Assembly: GCA_020353515.1 (NCBI GenBank)
Contig: CP070695.1
Coordinates: 1,556,284 to 1,620,283, forward strand
Direction: 5' to 3'
Origin: Candidatus Heimdallarchaeota archaeon
Lineage (GTDB): Archaea > Asgardarchaeota > Heimdallarchaeia > Hodarchaeales > Hodarchaeaceae
DNA length: 64,000 nucleotides
The notes below the pieces were generated by a model. It had not been told where the DNA came from, searched no databases, and saw nothing but the letters and a program-made list of their open reading frames with translations. The position numbers were made by a program, and so were the translations under genes. Positions within the stretch are counted from its first letter, which is position 1; the number at the start of each line of letters is the position of its first letter. Below, piece after piece: positions 28,927-38,230 of the stretch.

Positions 28927-31156
28927 CCACTTCGATTTTTTCTTCTGATATAAGATCTTTCTCTATTTCTCTTTTTCTTAATGAGGAAGCTTTTCTAAGA
29001 AGGATTAATCTCCCAATGGTTAATGGAATGATAGCAAAATGGAGGAGAAGGCAGCCAGCCCAGACAATATTCACGTATGGAATTATTTTTATCTGAAGAA
29101 TAGTACCTATAAGACTTCCTGAGATCGGGTTTTCTAAAATACCAGCAGTAACAATGTATATGTCAGCAAATAGATCACTAATTATTGTAACTTCATGATT
29201 CCAATTTTTTGGGTCTGTCCAGCGTTTATGAATGAGTACTCGGCTCACTCCAAAACCTATTGTTCGTGTTCCTGTGGATATCTGAAAAAACGTTTGGTAT
29301 TCCATGAGATACAGACCAGATTCGTGAACAACTTCATCCATGTCTAAAATTGAGATTGTTAATGAAGTTCCTTCAATGGTTTCAGATTGACCATCGTAAA
29401 GAAGAACTTCGTATGTACTCGTCATATTAATACTCAATATCGCTCCTAAAATGATCACTAAGAAAGAGAAATGCAACATTATCTGAGAAGTCTTACGAAT
29501 AAGGTTTTTTTCTTCTTTCAGTGCCACATTTATAAATTCTGCAATTAAACCAGCTAAGCCAAGAATTATAAGAGGAAGGACTAAGTCTGCTTTTTCACTA
29601 GTAGTCCAGAAGTTACTAAGGAAAGATAAAATGGGATTTCCTTGTCCTAGAAATGAGGAAAGAACGCCTTCTTTATATAAGAAACCACTTATTGCAAATA
29701 CAATCCCTGTAATTATTCCACCAATTGCTAATCCAGTCTTCCGTTTAATGCTGAGTCTTGGGTAAAATGTACAGAAAAATTGTGCTATCAGCATAATTCC
29801 TCCAAAAACAGTTAAAACTGTATTATAGAACAATTTCCCCACACTAATGCTTGGTCCGAATCCTTCTGAGCTAAAGGTGATTAAATAACCAAGAATATTA
29901 TAGATAACGGGTGCTATCAAACCTAGAATTATGGCATAAGTACCTAAAATGCCAGAAATGAATGAAATTTTCAATGCAGTTACACGGGACTTTGATGCCT
30001 GAAAATCTTCCTTATTTAGCGAAAGGGGTACATGAAAGATTTCCCTATTCTTAAAACCATAGATATGCGGAAGCAAAAAATTAACAACTAGCACAATAAA
30101 AAGGAAAAACATCCTTTCATTAGGAATAACTGATAATATTATTTGCATAATGAAGCTATTTTCAGGAATGAAAATCCTGAGAATATCGGCAAGCGTACTA
30201 TCCAAGGGAAATGTATGTACACTAGATATGATACCACTTCTAGTTACATACGTGGCAAATAGTGTACCAATATAACTCATACTTACAATGTAATTACCAA
30301 AGTATTCTCTTTTATTAAAGAATCTTTTTCCATGAAAATAAAAGGTAATAAAGAGCCATGGTACTAGAGACGCTGTTTCAACGGGATCCCATGCCCAGAA
30401 ACCACCCCAACCCAGAGTAATATAAGCCCAGTATCCTCCAATTATTATTCCAGAGCTTAAAACAAGCCAAGCCAGTGAAATAATAAATTCAAAGAAATTA
30501 TCTAGTTTCTCTTTTCCCTCAAAGTTGGGAACCTTCCCATCTTCAAGAACTGAAATTCTTGCTATTCCAATGACCATGGGAATTATGCATAAAGCGTAAC
30601 CAATGAAAATGATTGAAGGATGAATAACATTCCAGATGTTCATTAAAACGGGATTTAATCCTATACCATCAGAGGTTGCCCCTAAATTCAACTTGAATGG
30701 TTCATGTAGTATTGATAATGCCACTAAAAAGGCTACTTGGAGAGCAAAAATTACAAATGAGCGCCAAAAGATGGGTTCATGAGCGAAATCCCTGAAAAGC
30801 GCCCTGAAGACAATGTAAAGAATTACAGCTAGAAAAGCCCAGAAGAAAAATGAACCTGCTTGTCCTGACCAAATAGCAGATAATCTCAAGAAAAAATCCA
30901 TGTCATTATTAACGTAACGACTCACATATATGAAATTATAATCAGCAGTTATGATAGAATAACTAAAATAAATAAATGAGACGAGAAATGCAGAACTACC
31001 GATAAATAGACTAATCTCAGAGTAAATTTCCCACTTTTCAATATACTTTCCAGATATTACAAGAAATATGTCGAAAAGTAACGCTATTAAGCTTATTAAT
31101 AACAATAACATTCCTACATCCATACCAAATATTCCCAGATCTAAATAAAACATCAT
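28907..31156 (-). CDS. ccmF: Cytochrome c synthetase CcmF
   Basis: W.GQ.GS, GLNP.L, IHP, WAY..LGWGGFWAWDPVETASLVPW, TRSG..SSVH.F. Confidence 0.95.
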   Translation of the reverse strand: MMFYLDLGIFGMDVGMLLLLISLIALLFDIFLVISGKYIEKWEIYSEISLFIGSSAFLVSFIYFSYSIITADYNFIYVSRYVNNDMDFFLRLSAIWSGQAGSFFFWAFLAVILYIVFRALFRDFAHEPIFWRSFVIFALQVAFLVALSILHEPFKLNLGATSDGIGLNPVLMNIWNVIHPSIIFIGYALCIIPMVIGIARISVLEDGKVPNFEGKEKLDNFFEFIISLAWLVLSSGIIIGGYWAYITLGWGGFWAWDPVETASLVPWLFITFYFHGKRFFNKREYFGNYIVSMSYIGTLFATYVTRSGIISSVHTFPLDSTLADILRIFIPENSFIMQIILSVIPNERMFFLFIVLVVNFLLPHIYGFKNREIFHVPLSLNKEDFQASKSRVTALKISFISGILGTYAIILGLIAPVIYNILGYLITFSSEGFGPSISVGKLFYNTVLTVFGGIMLIAQFFCTFYPRLSIKRKTGLAIGGIITGIVFAISGFLYKEGVLSSFLGQGNPILSFLSNFWTTSEKADLVLPLIILGLAGLIAEFINVALKEEKNLIRKTSQIMLHFSFLVIILGAILSINMTSTYEVLLYDGQSETIEGTSLTISILDMDEVVHESGLYLMEYQTFFQISTGTRTIGFGVSRVLIHKRWTDPKNWNHEVTIISDLFADIYIVTAGILENPISGSLIGTILQIKIIPYVNIVWAGCLLLHFAIIPLTIGRLILLRKASSLRKREIEKDLISEEKIEVDGVIYD

Positions 31157-31164
31157 TCATTCAC

Positions 31165-33387
31165 CTAAGTATTACGTCTTGTTCCTCTTTTTCTTTTCAC
31201 GTTATGTGTTCTTTTCATACTCTTCAAAGTTTTACGAGCGCTTCTTCCTTTATATTCCACATAAGTGTAGAGGCCTAAAGGAACTAAAATCAATACAACA
31301 AAGAGTATTCCAATGACAAATGACATTGGTATCGTTTCAAGATGACCTAGTATTTCCATATAGTTCGCAGGACTATATGCAAAATTTCCCCAATTATCTA
31401 TGGCTTCAAAGTAGTAGGCATAGATACCAGGTTCAGGAAGTCCTTCTGGGAAGGTTACAGTCCAAAGATAATCACCAATCTTCTCTAAAGCGATGGATTT
31501 CTGAACTTCACCTGGGAGATGATAATACATCCTAACAAATTCAACCTCCCCTTGCAAAGGTACATCTTGAGCGATGACATTGATTGAAAAATTGCTGTTA
31601 ACTGGAACTTCACTCGCAGGATCGATTCCAATTTCCAAAATGTATGGTGCCCACTCATCTCTCTGCCACAGGAAAAAATAGGATCCACGTACAATCTCGT
31701 TACCTAAAGTGTCGTTTACTATGATTTGAAAATTGATCGTGGTTTCATGTGGTTGGGCATCAAAGCTGAAATTAAACATATTTCCAACATGAGAAAGAGG
31801 GATCATATTTCCCAGTTGATAATCCCCGTTATTTATTGAATAATTAATCATAACTCTAGATATGCCGTCAGAGTCAAATGCTGCAACTAAAATTGTCACT
31901 GGATCCCCTATGAAGTCTATATCTTTCGATCGGGGCGTTGATGGAGACCAAACGGCGTTGAGTACGCCTGGTTTACTATATAACCACAGATTTGCCAAGG
32001 AAAAAACAGCTAAGGATTGAGTAATAGAATACTTATTATTCCAAGCAGGATCCCCAGGAGTACCATCATTATTGGTCAACTGGTAATATCCTATATGATC
32101 ATTGTCATAGAGTTTATTGTTGAGAAATTCAATTGTATCTAAAATAAGATTGTAGAATAGACTGTTATTTGTAAGTTTGTAGGCCTCATCAAGGGCTTGA
32201 ATGCAATAAAACTGTCGTTCTGTATATTTCTTTGTGTCTCTTGATTCAGGATTGTTATATGAATAAGTAGCGAAAAATCCCCCATAACGATTGTCCCAAA
32301 AGTTAAGTAATACTGCTTTTAGTAAGATAAAGAAATCATCATAGTATTTTTGTTTTAAGATCTCATCCGTTGTAGCACTATAGAGATGCGCTAAGAATTG
32401 AAGAACAAGTGCGTTTATAAAAACATCAGCTGTGCCTGAATCTACAACCTCATTCTGTTTACTCAATCCAGTATAAAACAATCCAGTAGAGGAATTTCGA
32501 CATGTGGTATTAAAGAAATTATAAATCTTCTGAGCATTTAATAGATAGCTTTCATCTCCCTTCAGAGTATAAAGATCGAGTAAAGCACGCCCCATTAAAA
32601 CATTATGGTCGACTCTTTTTGACTCAGGTTCATATGGATCGTTTGAATCAGTATTTAAGGAGGCAATTAATCCAGAGTGAGACAATAAATAAACGTAATA
32701 ACCATTTTGATCATCAATATTCTTCCACGCATATTTATCAAGGAAGTTAAACGTGTCTATTGCTATTTCGTGATAAGTATCATTACCAGTGACACCATAA
32801 AGAGAAAGAAGAGCCTGAATTGCTATTGCTTGAACTCCGGGTTTTTTCAACCGATTTAATCGTCGAATATAGAACCCATCAAATTGCTTATCATATAAAG
32901 TATTAACCAAGTAATTTCCTGTTTTCTCAGCAACTTTTTGAGCAAAATTCCGTTCTGTTTCGTTTATTACAGCATCGGAAAGCTTCAATAATGCTAAAAT
33001 TGCTTGAGCGTTATCATAAGTTCGAGTATCGTTATTTAAACTTGATTCACTCCATACTTCATCACGAGAGATGGAAAAACCACCAGAAACGTTGTTGTAT
33101 AGATAATCGATAAGAGCATTAGCAATTTCAATAGAATAATAGAGGAAATTTGGAAAGTATGCCTCTGGGTCGTCTTCTACTTGAACATTTGCTTTAAGAG
33201 GGATTAGAGATCTGGTGTAGAGCTCATCAAGCGAGGAGGATAATTTTTTGCTGTCCCTCTCCACAACGCTTGATTGTCTTCCAGTGACATCCATGAAATT
33301 AGGTAGAATTACAGCTAACACTATAATAGGCAAAAATAGATTTTTTGCCCATCTCTTTGTCTTTGCGTTTATTTTTCCTTTTGCCAT
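31165..33387 (-). CDS. Membrane-anchored (alpha/alpha)6-barrel (AGE/GH76/DUF255-like) protein with Ig-like domains
   Basis: Signal/TM, repeated (L/W)D...GGF loops, YDNA, LY..TG...Y helices, beta-rich C-terminus, TM + basic tail. Confidence 0.6.
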   Translation of the reverse strand: MAKGKINAKTKRWAKNLFLPIIVLAVILPNFMDVTGRQSSVVERDSKKLSSSLDELYTRSLIPLKANVQVEDDPEAYFPNFLYYSIEIANALIDYLYNNVSGGFSISRDEVWSESSLNNDTRTYDNAQAILALLKLSDAVINETERNFAQKVAEKTGNYLVNTLYDKQFDGFYIRRLNRLKKPGVQAIAIQALLSLYGVTGNDTYHEIAIDTFNFLDKYAWKNIDDQNGYYVYLLSHSGLIASLNTDSNDPYEPESKRVDHNVLMGRALLDLYTLKGDESYLLNAQKIYNFFNTTCRNSSTGLFYTGLSKQNEVVDSGTADVFINALVLQFLAHLYSATTDEILKQKYYDDFFILLKAVLLNFWDNRYGGFFATYSYNNPESRDTKKYTERQFYCIQALDEAYKLTNNSLFYNLILDTIEFLNNKLYDNDHIGYYQLTNNDGTPGDPAWNNKYSITQSLAVFSLANLWLYSKPGVLNAVWSPSTPRSKDIDFIGDPVTILVAAFDSDGISRVMINYSINNGDYQLGNMIPLSHVGNMFNFSFDAQPHETTINFQIIVNDTLGNEIVRGSYFFLWQRDEWAPYILEIGIDPASEVPVNSNFSINVIAQDVPLQGEVEFVRMYYHLPGEVQKSIALEKIGDYLWTVTFPEGLPEPGIYAYYFEAIDNWGNFAYSPANYMEILGHLETIPMSFVIGILFVVLILVPLGLYTYVEYKGRSARKTLKSMKRTHNVKRKRGTRRNT

Positions 33388-33546
33388 TATTCATTAATCC
33401 GTTTCTTTTATTTCTGCTATTACCTGATGAGAAAGCGGGATATTAACAATCAAAGCATTCACAATTCGATAAAAAGCAATTTAGATCAATTGCTTTAGAT
33501 GTAACCAAATTATTCAACGATACCTATCTCAGCTCCCGACCAATGG

Positions 33547-33591
33547 AAAAAAAACAAAAGAAACAGCAGATAGATACCTGCTGTTCTTGTT
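33547..33591 (-). terminator. Putative terminator after the multiheme cytochrome gene
   Basis: AACAGCAG-atagatac-CTGCTGTT stem followed on the minus strand by a T-tract. Confidence 0.55.
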
Positions 33592-33635
33592 TTAGAGATT
33601 CGGATGAAACAGAAACCAAATTCTGCTAGTTCGGC

Positions 33636-35096
33636 TTAGCGTCTTTTACGTAAAAGAACAACCACACCGAGAATGCTTAGGACAGCTAGGAGGCCAATCG
33701 CGGGAGTACCAGCACCATCAGGTGCCTCACTTGATTCAGTAGTTTCACTAGTTTCTTCTGCGAGTAGAGCTTCTGCAGCTATTTGGGCCCAGTCCAGTTT
33801 GGATAAAGCCAGCGCGAGTTTTTGTTTGGCAAGATCGGGGTTGTGGAACCCACCACTTGGATCATCTGCTACAAATTCTGCTAAGGCCTCAGCTTCCTCG
33901 ATTAAAGCATCGATATGGGCGATCTCGTCCTTATCAACACCTGAAACAGCTCTAGCTTCATCTGCTTTAGCTTTGACAGCCGTCAATTTAGTGTCGAATG
34001 AAGATAGTAGATCAGCGACCTCTGTTTGGACATCTTCCAAGTAATCAGTTCTATCTGACACATCAGGCATGGTAGTCTGATTAAAGTAAAAGTCCCAGTG
34101 ACATCGAGCGCAGGCATCGGGAACAGAGATTGCAAAACTGTGATTTAGTGAGAAGCTAGCATTTTGCCAACTTGTTCCAAATCTACCAGCTCGCTCTCCT
34201 GCAGGTGTAAAGTAGTAACCATGACAATCTGTACAATCTGTACTGTTGGTAATCGTTGTTGGGGTGGTAGTGTCGGTAATCATTTCATAAGGTGTTCCGT
34301 GACATTCTCCACATAATTCTGGGATACTGTCTCCTCTTAAATTGGCTTTATTGTCCTTGTATGTTACTGTTTTTGATACAGCGTGAGGATCGTGGCATGT
34401 AAAGCACTGAATGTTGAAAAGTGAACTGTCATTCACAGGAGTCTCTGAAAGATCTGTGTAAAGTCCTTGTCCTGCCATACAGTGTAGACAACGGCTTGCT
34501 GCATGATCACTAGCAAGTAGATCGTCAAGTGATTCTGCGTGAGCACTCGCAGCCATGTCTGTAAAGGTAACACCTGCTGGCATATGACATGTCATACCAC
34601 ATGGGTCATTAGCTGGAAAGAATGGAGGATAACCTGTTGGCCATTTTGTTCCAGGAGTCTTATGACATTCTGCACAAGCTACTCCGAAGTCCCAAACGGT
34701 TCCGTTTCCGGACGGGATGACGGAGGTATCGTTTTCCCATCTTGTTACATGACAGCAACCTTCTGAATCGTTTAAGATATAATCATACGAATAGTAGTCG
34801 CCGTTCCAATGTACCAAATGGGTTTCATTGTACGGAGTCAATAGCCGAGAGTGGAGGGTCTCGTTCCAACCAAGATATTCTTCTTCATGGCATTCCATAC
34901 AATCCTCAGGATGCCATGGGTCTGAGATACCGCTATGGTCGTACTTGTTGAATGTGTATTTTGGATTCAAAACACCAGCTCCTAAACCAGCTGCCGCAGC
35001 GGTTCCGACGAACACAATTGCAAACCAGTAAAGTAGTACAACTCTACGACCGTTCCACTTGCTCTGGCGTATTAACACTTCTTTTTCTTCAGTCAT
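33636..35096 (-). CDS. Surface-anchored multiheme cytochrome c (c552/NrfA-like C-terminal helices)
   Basis: Six CxxCH (CMECH, CAECH, CFTCH, CGECH, CTDCH, CARCH) plus CGMTCH, CLHCM and GCCH; GGFHNP; sorting tail; start set at ATG 35096. Confidence 0.92.
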   Translation of the reverse strand: MTEEKEVLIRQSKWNGRRVVLLYWFAIVFVGTAAAAGLGAGVLNPKYTFNKYDHSGISDPWHPEDCMECHEEEYLGWNETLHSRLLTPYNETHLVHWNGDYYSYDYILNDSEGCCHVTRWENDTSVIPSGNGTVWDFGVACAECHKTPGTKWPTGYPPFFPANDPCGMTCHMPAGVTFTDMAASAHAESLDDLLASDHAASRCLHCMAGQGLYTDLSETPVNDSSLFNIQCFTCHDPHAVSKTVTYKDNKANLRGDSIPELCGECHGTPYEMITDTTTPTTITNSTDCTDCHGYYFTPAGERAGRFGTSWQNASFSLNHSFAISVPDACARCHWDFYFNQTTMPDVSDRTDYLEDVQTEVADLLSSFDTKLTAVKAKADEARAVSGVDKDEIAHIDALIEEAEALAEFVADDPSGGFHNPDLAKQKLALALSKLDWAQIAAEALLAEETSETTESSEAPDGAGTPAIGLLAVLSILGVVVLLRKRR

Positions 35097-35544
35097 TATT
35101 ATACCGCCATAACAAATATTCTTTGTAGTTACATCAAGTAACTGGTTTCTCATCAGGGTTTGTTGTTATTCTATTCCCATAGAACTTCTTCTGTTTGAAA
35201 TTTCGATCAAGAGTTAGAATGATCACTGAAATTCCAAGTCTTGTAATTCTTGGCTTCCATCAATAAGAACGTTTTCTAAGGTTTTAATAATCAAGTATCA
35301 TTGATGTAAGCTAGTAACTTCGATGTAATCATCTATGAACTCAATTTCATAGAAGATACATCAGAAAAATCTAAGTATAACTTTTATAGTTTTCGTTATT
35401 AAAAAATTTTAAAACTTGTAAAACTGTAATAATTTGTAACTTAGGATGAGCTCTCCCATTGGCAATCAATTTCCTTAAATCAATGATTATCAAGATTACA
35501 GATCGCAAAGCTGTTTAATGATTGAAAAGTAGTGCGAATTACTT

Positions 35545-36138
35545 TTATTCCTGCTTAACGCCCTTTTTATGGGAAATGAAGAATAAAATACTTGTAATAT
35601 TAAATACTAACAAAACAACTACCCAATCAAATCCTGATGTTGATTCGGATTTAGTTGTTTGCTGTGTTGTTGTGACTTCTGTAATTGTTGTTTGAAAGGA
35701 AGGAACAGTAAAAATAAATTTAGCTGAAGCCCAATTTCCATTACTATCTTCTGAGTAAACTAATAGAACATGTAAACCAGTTTGATTTGGGATTATGACA
35801 TCATAAGGAAAATCTAGTGTTACATTCGTCTGGTCCTTTTCCCAATGGTATAGGACTTGGTTTACACTGCTGTCTGCATCAATAACATTTAGATCGATAA
35901 CAGTCCCTTCAGTTACGCTAGAATTATTGAGAGGAGAAATAAGCGTTACTGAAGGAGGGGTTACATCAATATGACCACAACATTCCTCCTCTTGATTAAT
36001 ATCCTTGAATTTCGAATTTAAATCATGATCAATATGATATAGAGGAGTAATTACTTTAGCTGCAAATGTACCTCCGATATAAGCCGAAATAGTAATTATG
36101 CCAATTAGTAATAATGAACGACTTAGTTTTTGATTCAA
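35545..36138 (-). CDS. Ig-like surface protein with CCGH motif and sorting tail
   Basis: Signal peptide, DINQEEECCGHIDVTPP, one Ig-like repeat, TSGF-TM-KK. Confidence 0.75.
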   Translation of the reverse strand: MNQKLSRSLLLIGIITISAYIGGTFAAKVITPLYHIDHDLNSKFKDINQEEECCGHIDVTPPSVTLISPLNNSSVTEGTVIDLNVIDADSSVNQVLYHWEKDQTNVTLDFPYDVIIPNQTGLHVLLVYSEDSNGNWASAKFIFTVPSFQTTITEVTTTQQTTKSESTSGFDWVVVLLVFNITSILFFISHKKGVKQE

Positions 36139-36238
36139 CTAACAATCTCCTCTGCTTCGAATAGTCTACCATTGCATTTACGAGTCTAACAGAAGGTTAA
36201 GACAAATATACAATATAGTGTCTCTGTCTTTTTCTATA

Positions 36239-37156
36239 CTAAACTCCACGCCTTCTTTTTCTCCAAGAAATTAGCGTCAATGAACTGAAAAGTGCCAAGA
36301 TAACTGGTAATACTAGAAAACCTGAAGACCGTCGGGGTTGAACATAAGACGTTTCAGACGGTGCTGGTGGTTCACTAACAGCACTTGGATCACTTGTTAC
36401 AGTGTAATGGAATTTAGCCGAAGTCCAATTACCTGCACCATTTTCTACATTAATATAAAGCACATGTTCCCCAATTTCATCAGGTAGAACCACATCATAA
36501 GGAGAGGAAAGGGTTGAATTACTTTGATCGTCATCCCAGCGGTAAAGGGCTTGATTTATACCACTTTCCTCATCAATGATGATTAGATCAATATTCGTCC
36601 CTCCTAGCATAACGGAGTTATTTCTTGGGGAATTAGCTTTAATAAATGGAGGAGGAATACCAACAGTAATATGAAAATTGACTGAATCCTCATTTCGTTC
36701 GCTATCTCTCGCAAAAACATAGAGAATGTGAAGTCCTTTTTCATCAGGTAAAATCACATTATAAGGGAAGTCTAGCTCTGTATCAACTTCATTATCCCAA
36801 TGGTATCGGACTATAGTTGGTAAGAAATCATCCATGGGATTATCATCAGTAATACTTAGATCGATCGTTGTTCCCCCAAGATTGACGGAATGATTGTAAA
36901 AATGGTTCCAAGCTCTGGTTGAATTGAGTGTTATTTTAGGAGGAGTCACATCAGTATGCCCACAACACGCATCTTGATTTATATCCCTAAAGCCTACTTC
37001 TGTAACATTATGAGGAAGAACGATTTTCTCATTTTTTGTCATCTCTGAACTAAACCCAGAAATAGAAGTCATATTAAATAAGAAACTTCCGCCTACAAAA
37101 GCAGAAATACTTACAATGATTAATAAGAGTATTGTACGAACAAATTTTCTACTCAA
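36239..37156 (-). CDS. Ig-like surface protein (two repeats) with CCGH motif and sorting tail
   Basis: Signal peptide, DINQDACCGHTDVTPP, two Y.WD...L..PY.V.LP...G.H.L repeats, SSGF-TM-RKRRR. Confidence 0.75.
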   Translation of the reverse strand: MSRKFVRTILLLIIVSISAFVGGSFLFNMTSISGFSSEMTKNEKIVLPHNVTEVGFRDINQDACCGHTDVTPPKITLNSTRAWNHFYNHSVNLGGTTIDLSITDDNPMDDFLPTIVRYHWDNEVDTELDFPYNVILPDEKGLHILYVFARDSERNEDSVNFHITVGIPPPFIKANSPRNNSVMLGGTNIDLIIIDEESGINQALYRWDDDQSNSTLSSPYDVVLPDEIGEHVLYINVENGAGNWTSAKFHYTVTSDPSAVSEPPAPSETSYVQPRRSSGFLVLPVILALFSSLTLISWRKRRRGV

Positions 37157-37407
37157 TTTTACGTCTCCTCATATTTGGTATTGATCCAATTCATTTTTTC
37201 ACGTTTCTGAAACGATTTTAAAACAGAGCTTTACTTTTTGGTAAGTAGCTTACTTTCTGCTTACTTGATTATTCTTATCTTAGGAAATATTCATAATCTA
37301 TAAATTATAGAAAATTAGACAAACTCTATAAAATTTACACATGAAACACATATTATTCTGACTGTTTCTCTCATCATGACTTCAGTAAATGGTCTTCTGA
37401 AGATTCG

Positions 37408-38205
37408 ATGTGTAAGAATAGGAATGTAGAGAAAATGAGTAAAATAATCAGTAAACTGAAAGAATTTCCAAGAACAATAGCAATTCTCTATATATTAATT
37501 GGTGCTGCAGCTGCTATAGGGATTGTTAGTGGAATTGGAAGTACCTGTACCACCTTTTTTCCCATATGGTGGGAACTCGGAAGCCCTGAAGAGGGGTACC
37601 CATTCGCAATCATAGGGGACACTCAAATAGCTTTCATCCTCGCCTACATAGTGACTTGGCTTGTAGCTTTAGTCTGGGGAGCGCTATTCTGGGCACTTGG
37701 TGTGAAAAAAACATGGTTCTACAAGGTGGCCATTATTACAAGTGCTGCGGGATTCTTGAGTGGATTTATTCCAGTAGCGATTTTGTTTTACGAGTGGTAT
37801 ATGAGTTTCGGACTTAATGGGATGTTATTTACACCCTCCTGGTTCCGAACAATCATTAATTTAGTTATATTAGTCATGCTTCTAATTCCTGTTGTTAAAC
37901 GAGGTATTACAGGTTATATAGAAGAAACAGGTGTTTCTGCTGGCGGCAGTGTTGGATCACAAGTTACTCAATTTTCTTTGGTGTTATTCGGTTTCAGTGT
38001 AGTAATGATGGTTCAACCTCTCATTATGCCCACGCACATCATTGGTGGAGTAAATGTTGGTTCTTCTATGAGTTACCTCCTAGCCTCAGGCACACTCCAA
38101 TTCTTTTTTGGATTTACTTGTATTTTCCTAGGGGTGGTCATACTTATAGCAGGACAGGTGCTAAATATCATCTATTCCTCAAAACCAACACCTTTGAGAG
38201 CTTAG
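37408..38205 (+). CDS. Uncharacterised multi-TM membrane protein (IWWE..SP.EEG type)
   Basis: About 6 TM; probable start ATG 37435; resembles 17750-18580. Confidence 0.7.
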   Translation: MCKNRNVEKMSKIISKLKEFPRTIAILYILIGAAAAIGIVSGIGSTCTTFFPIWWELGSPEEGYPFAIIGDTQIAFILAYIVTWLVALVWGALFWALGVKKTWFYKVAIITSAAGFLSGFIPVAILFYEWYMSFGLNGMLFTPSWFRTIINLVILVMLLIPVVKRGITGYIEETGVSAGGSVGSQVTQFSLVLFGFSVVMMVQPLIMPTHIIGGVNVGSSMSYLLASGTLQFFFGFTCIFLGVVILIAGQVLNIIYSSKPTPLRA

Positions 38206-38230
38206 GCCAACGCAAAAGAATGATTACATA

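Noticed and set aside
33636-35096. NrfA nitrite reductase assignment
   Set aside because: No CxxCK motif and no nrfH; only the C-terminal GFHNP helices are similar
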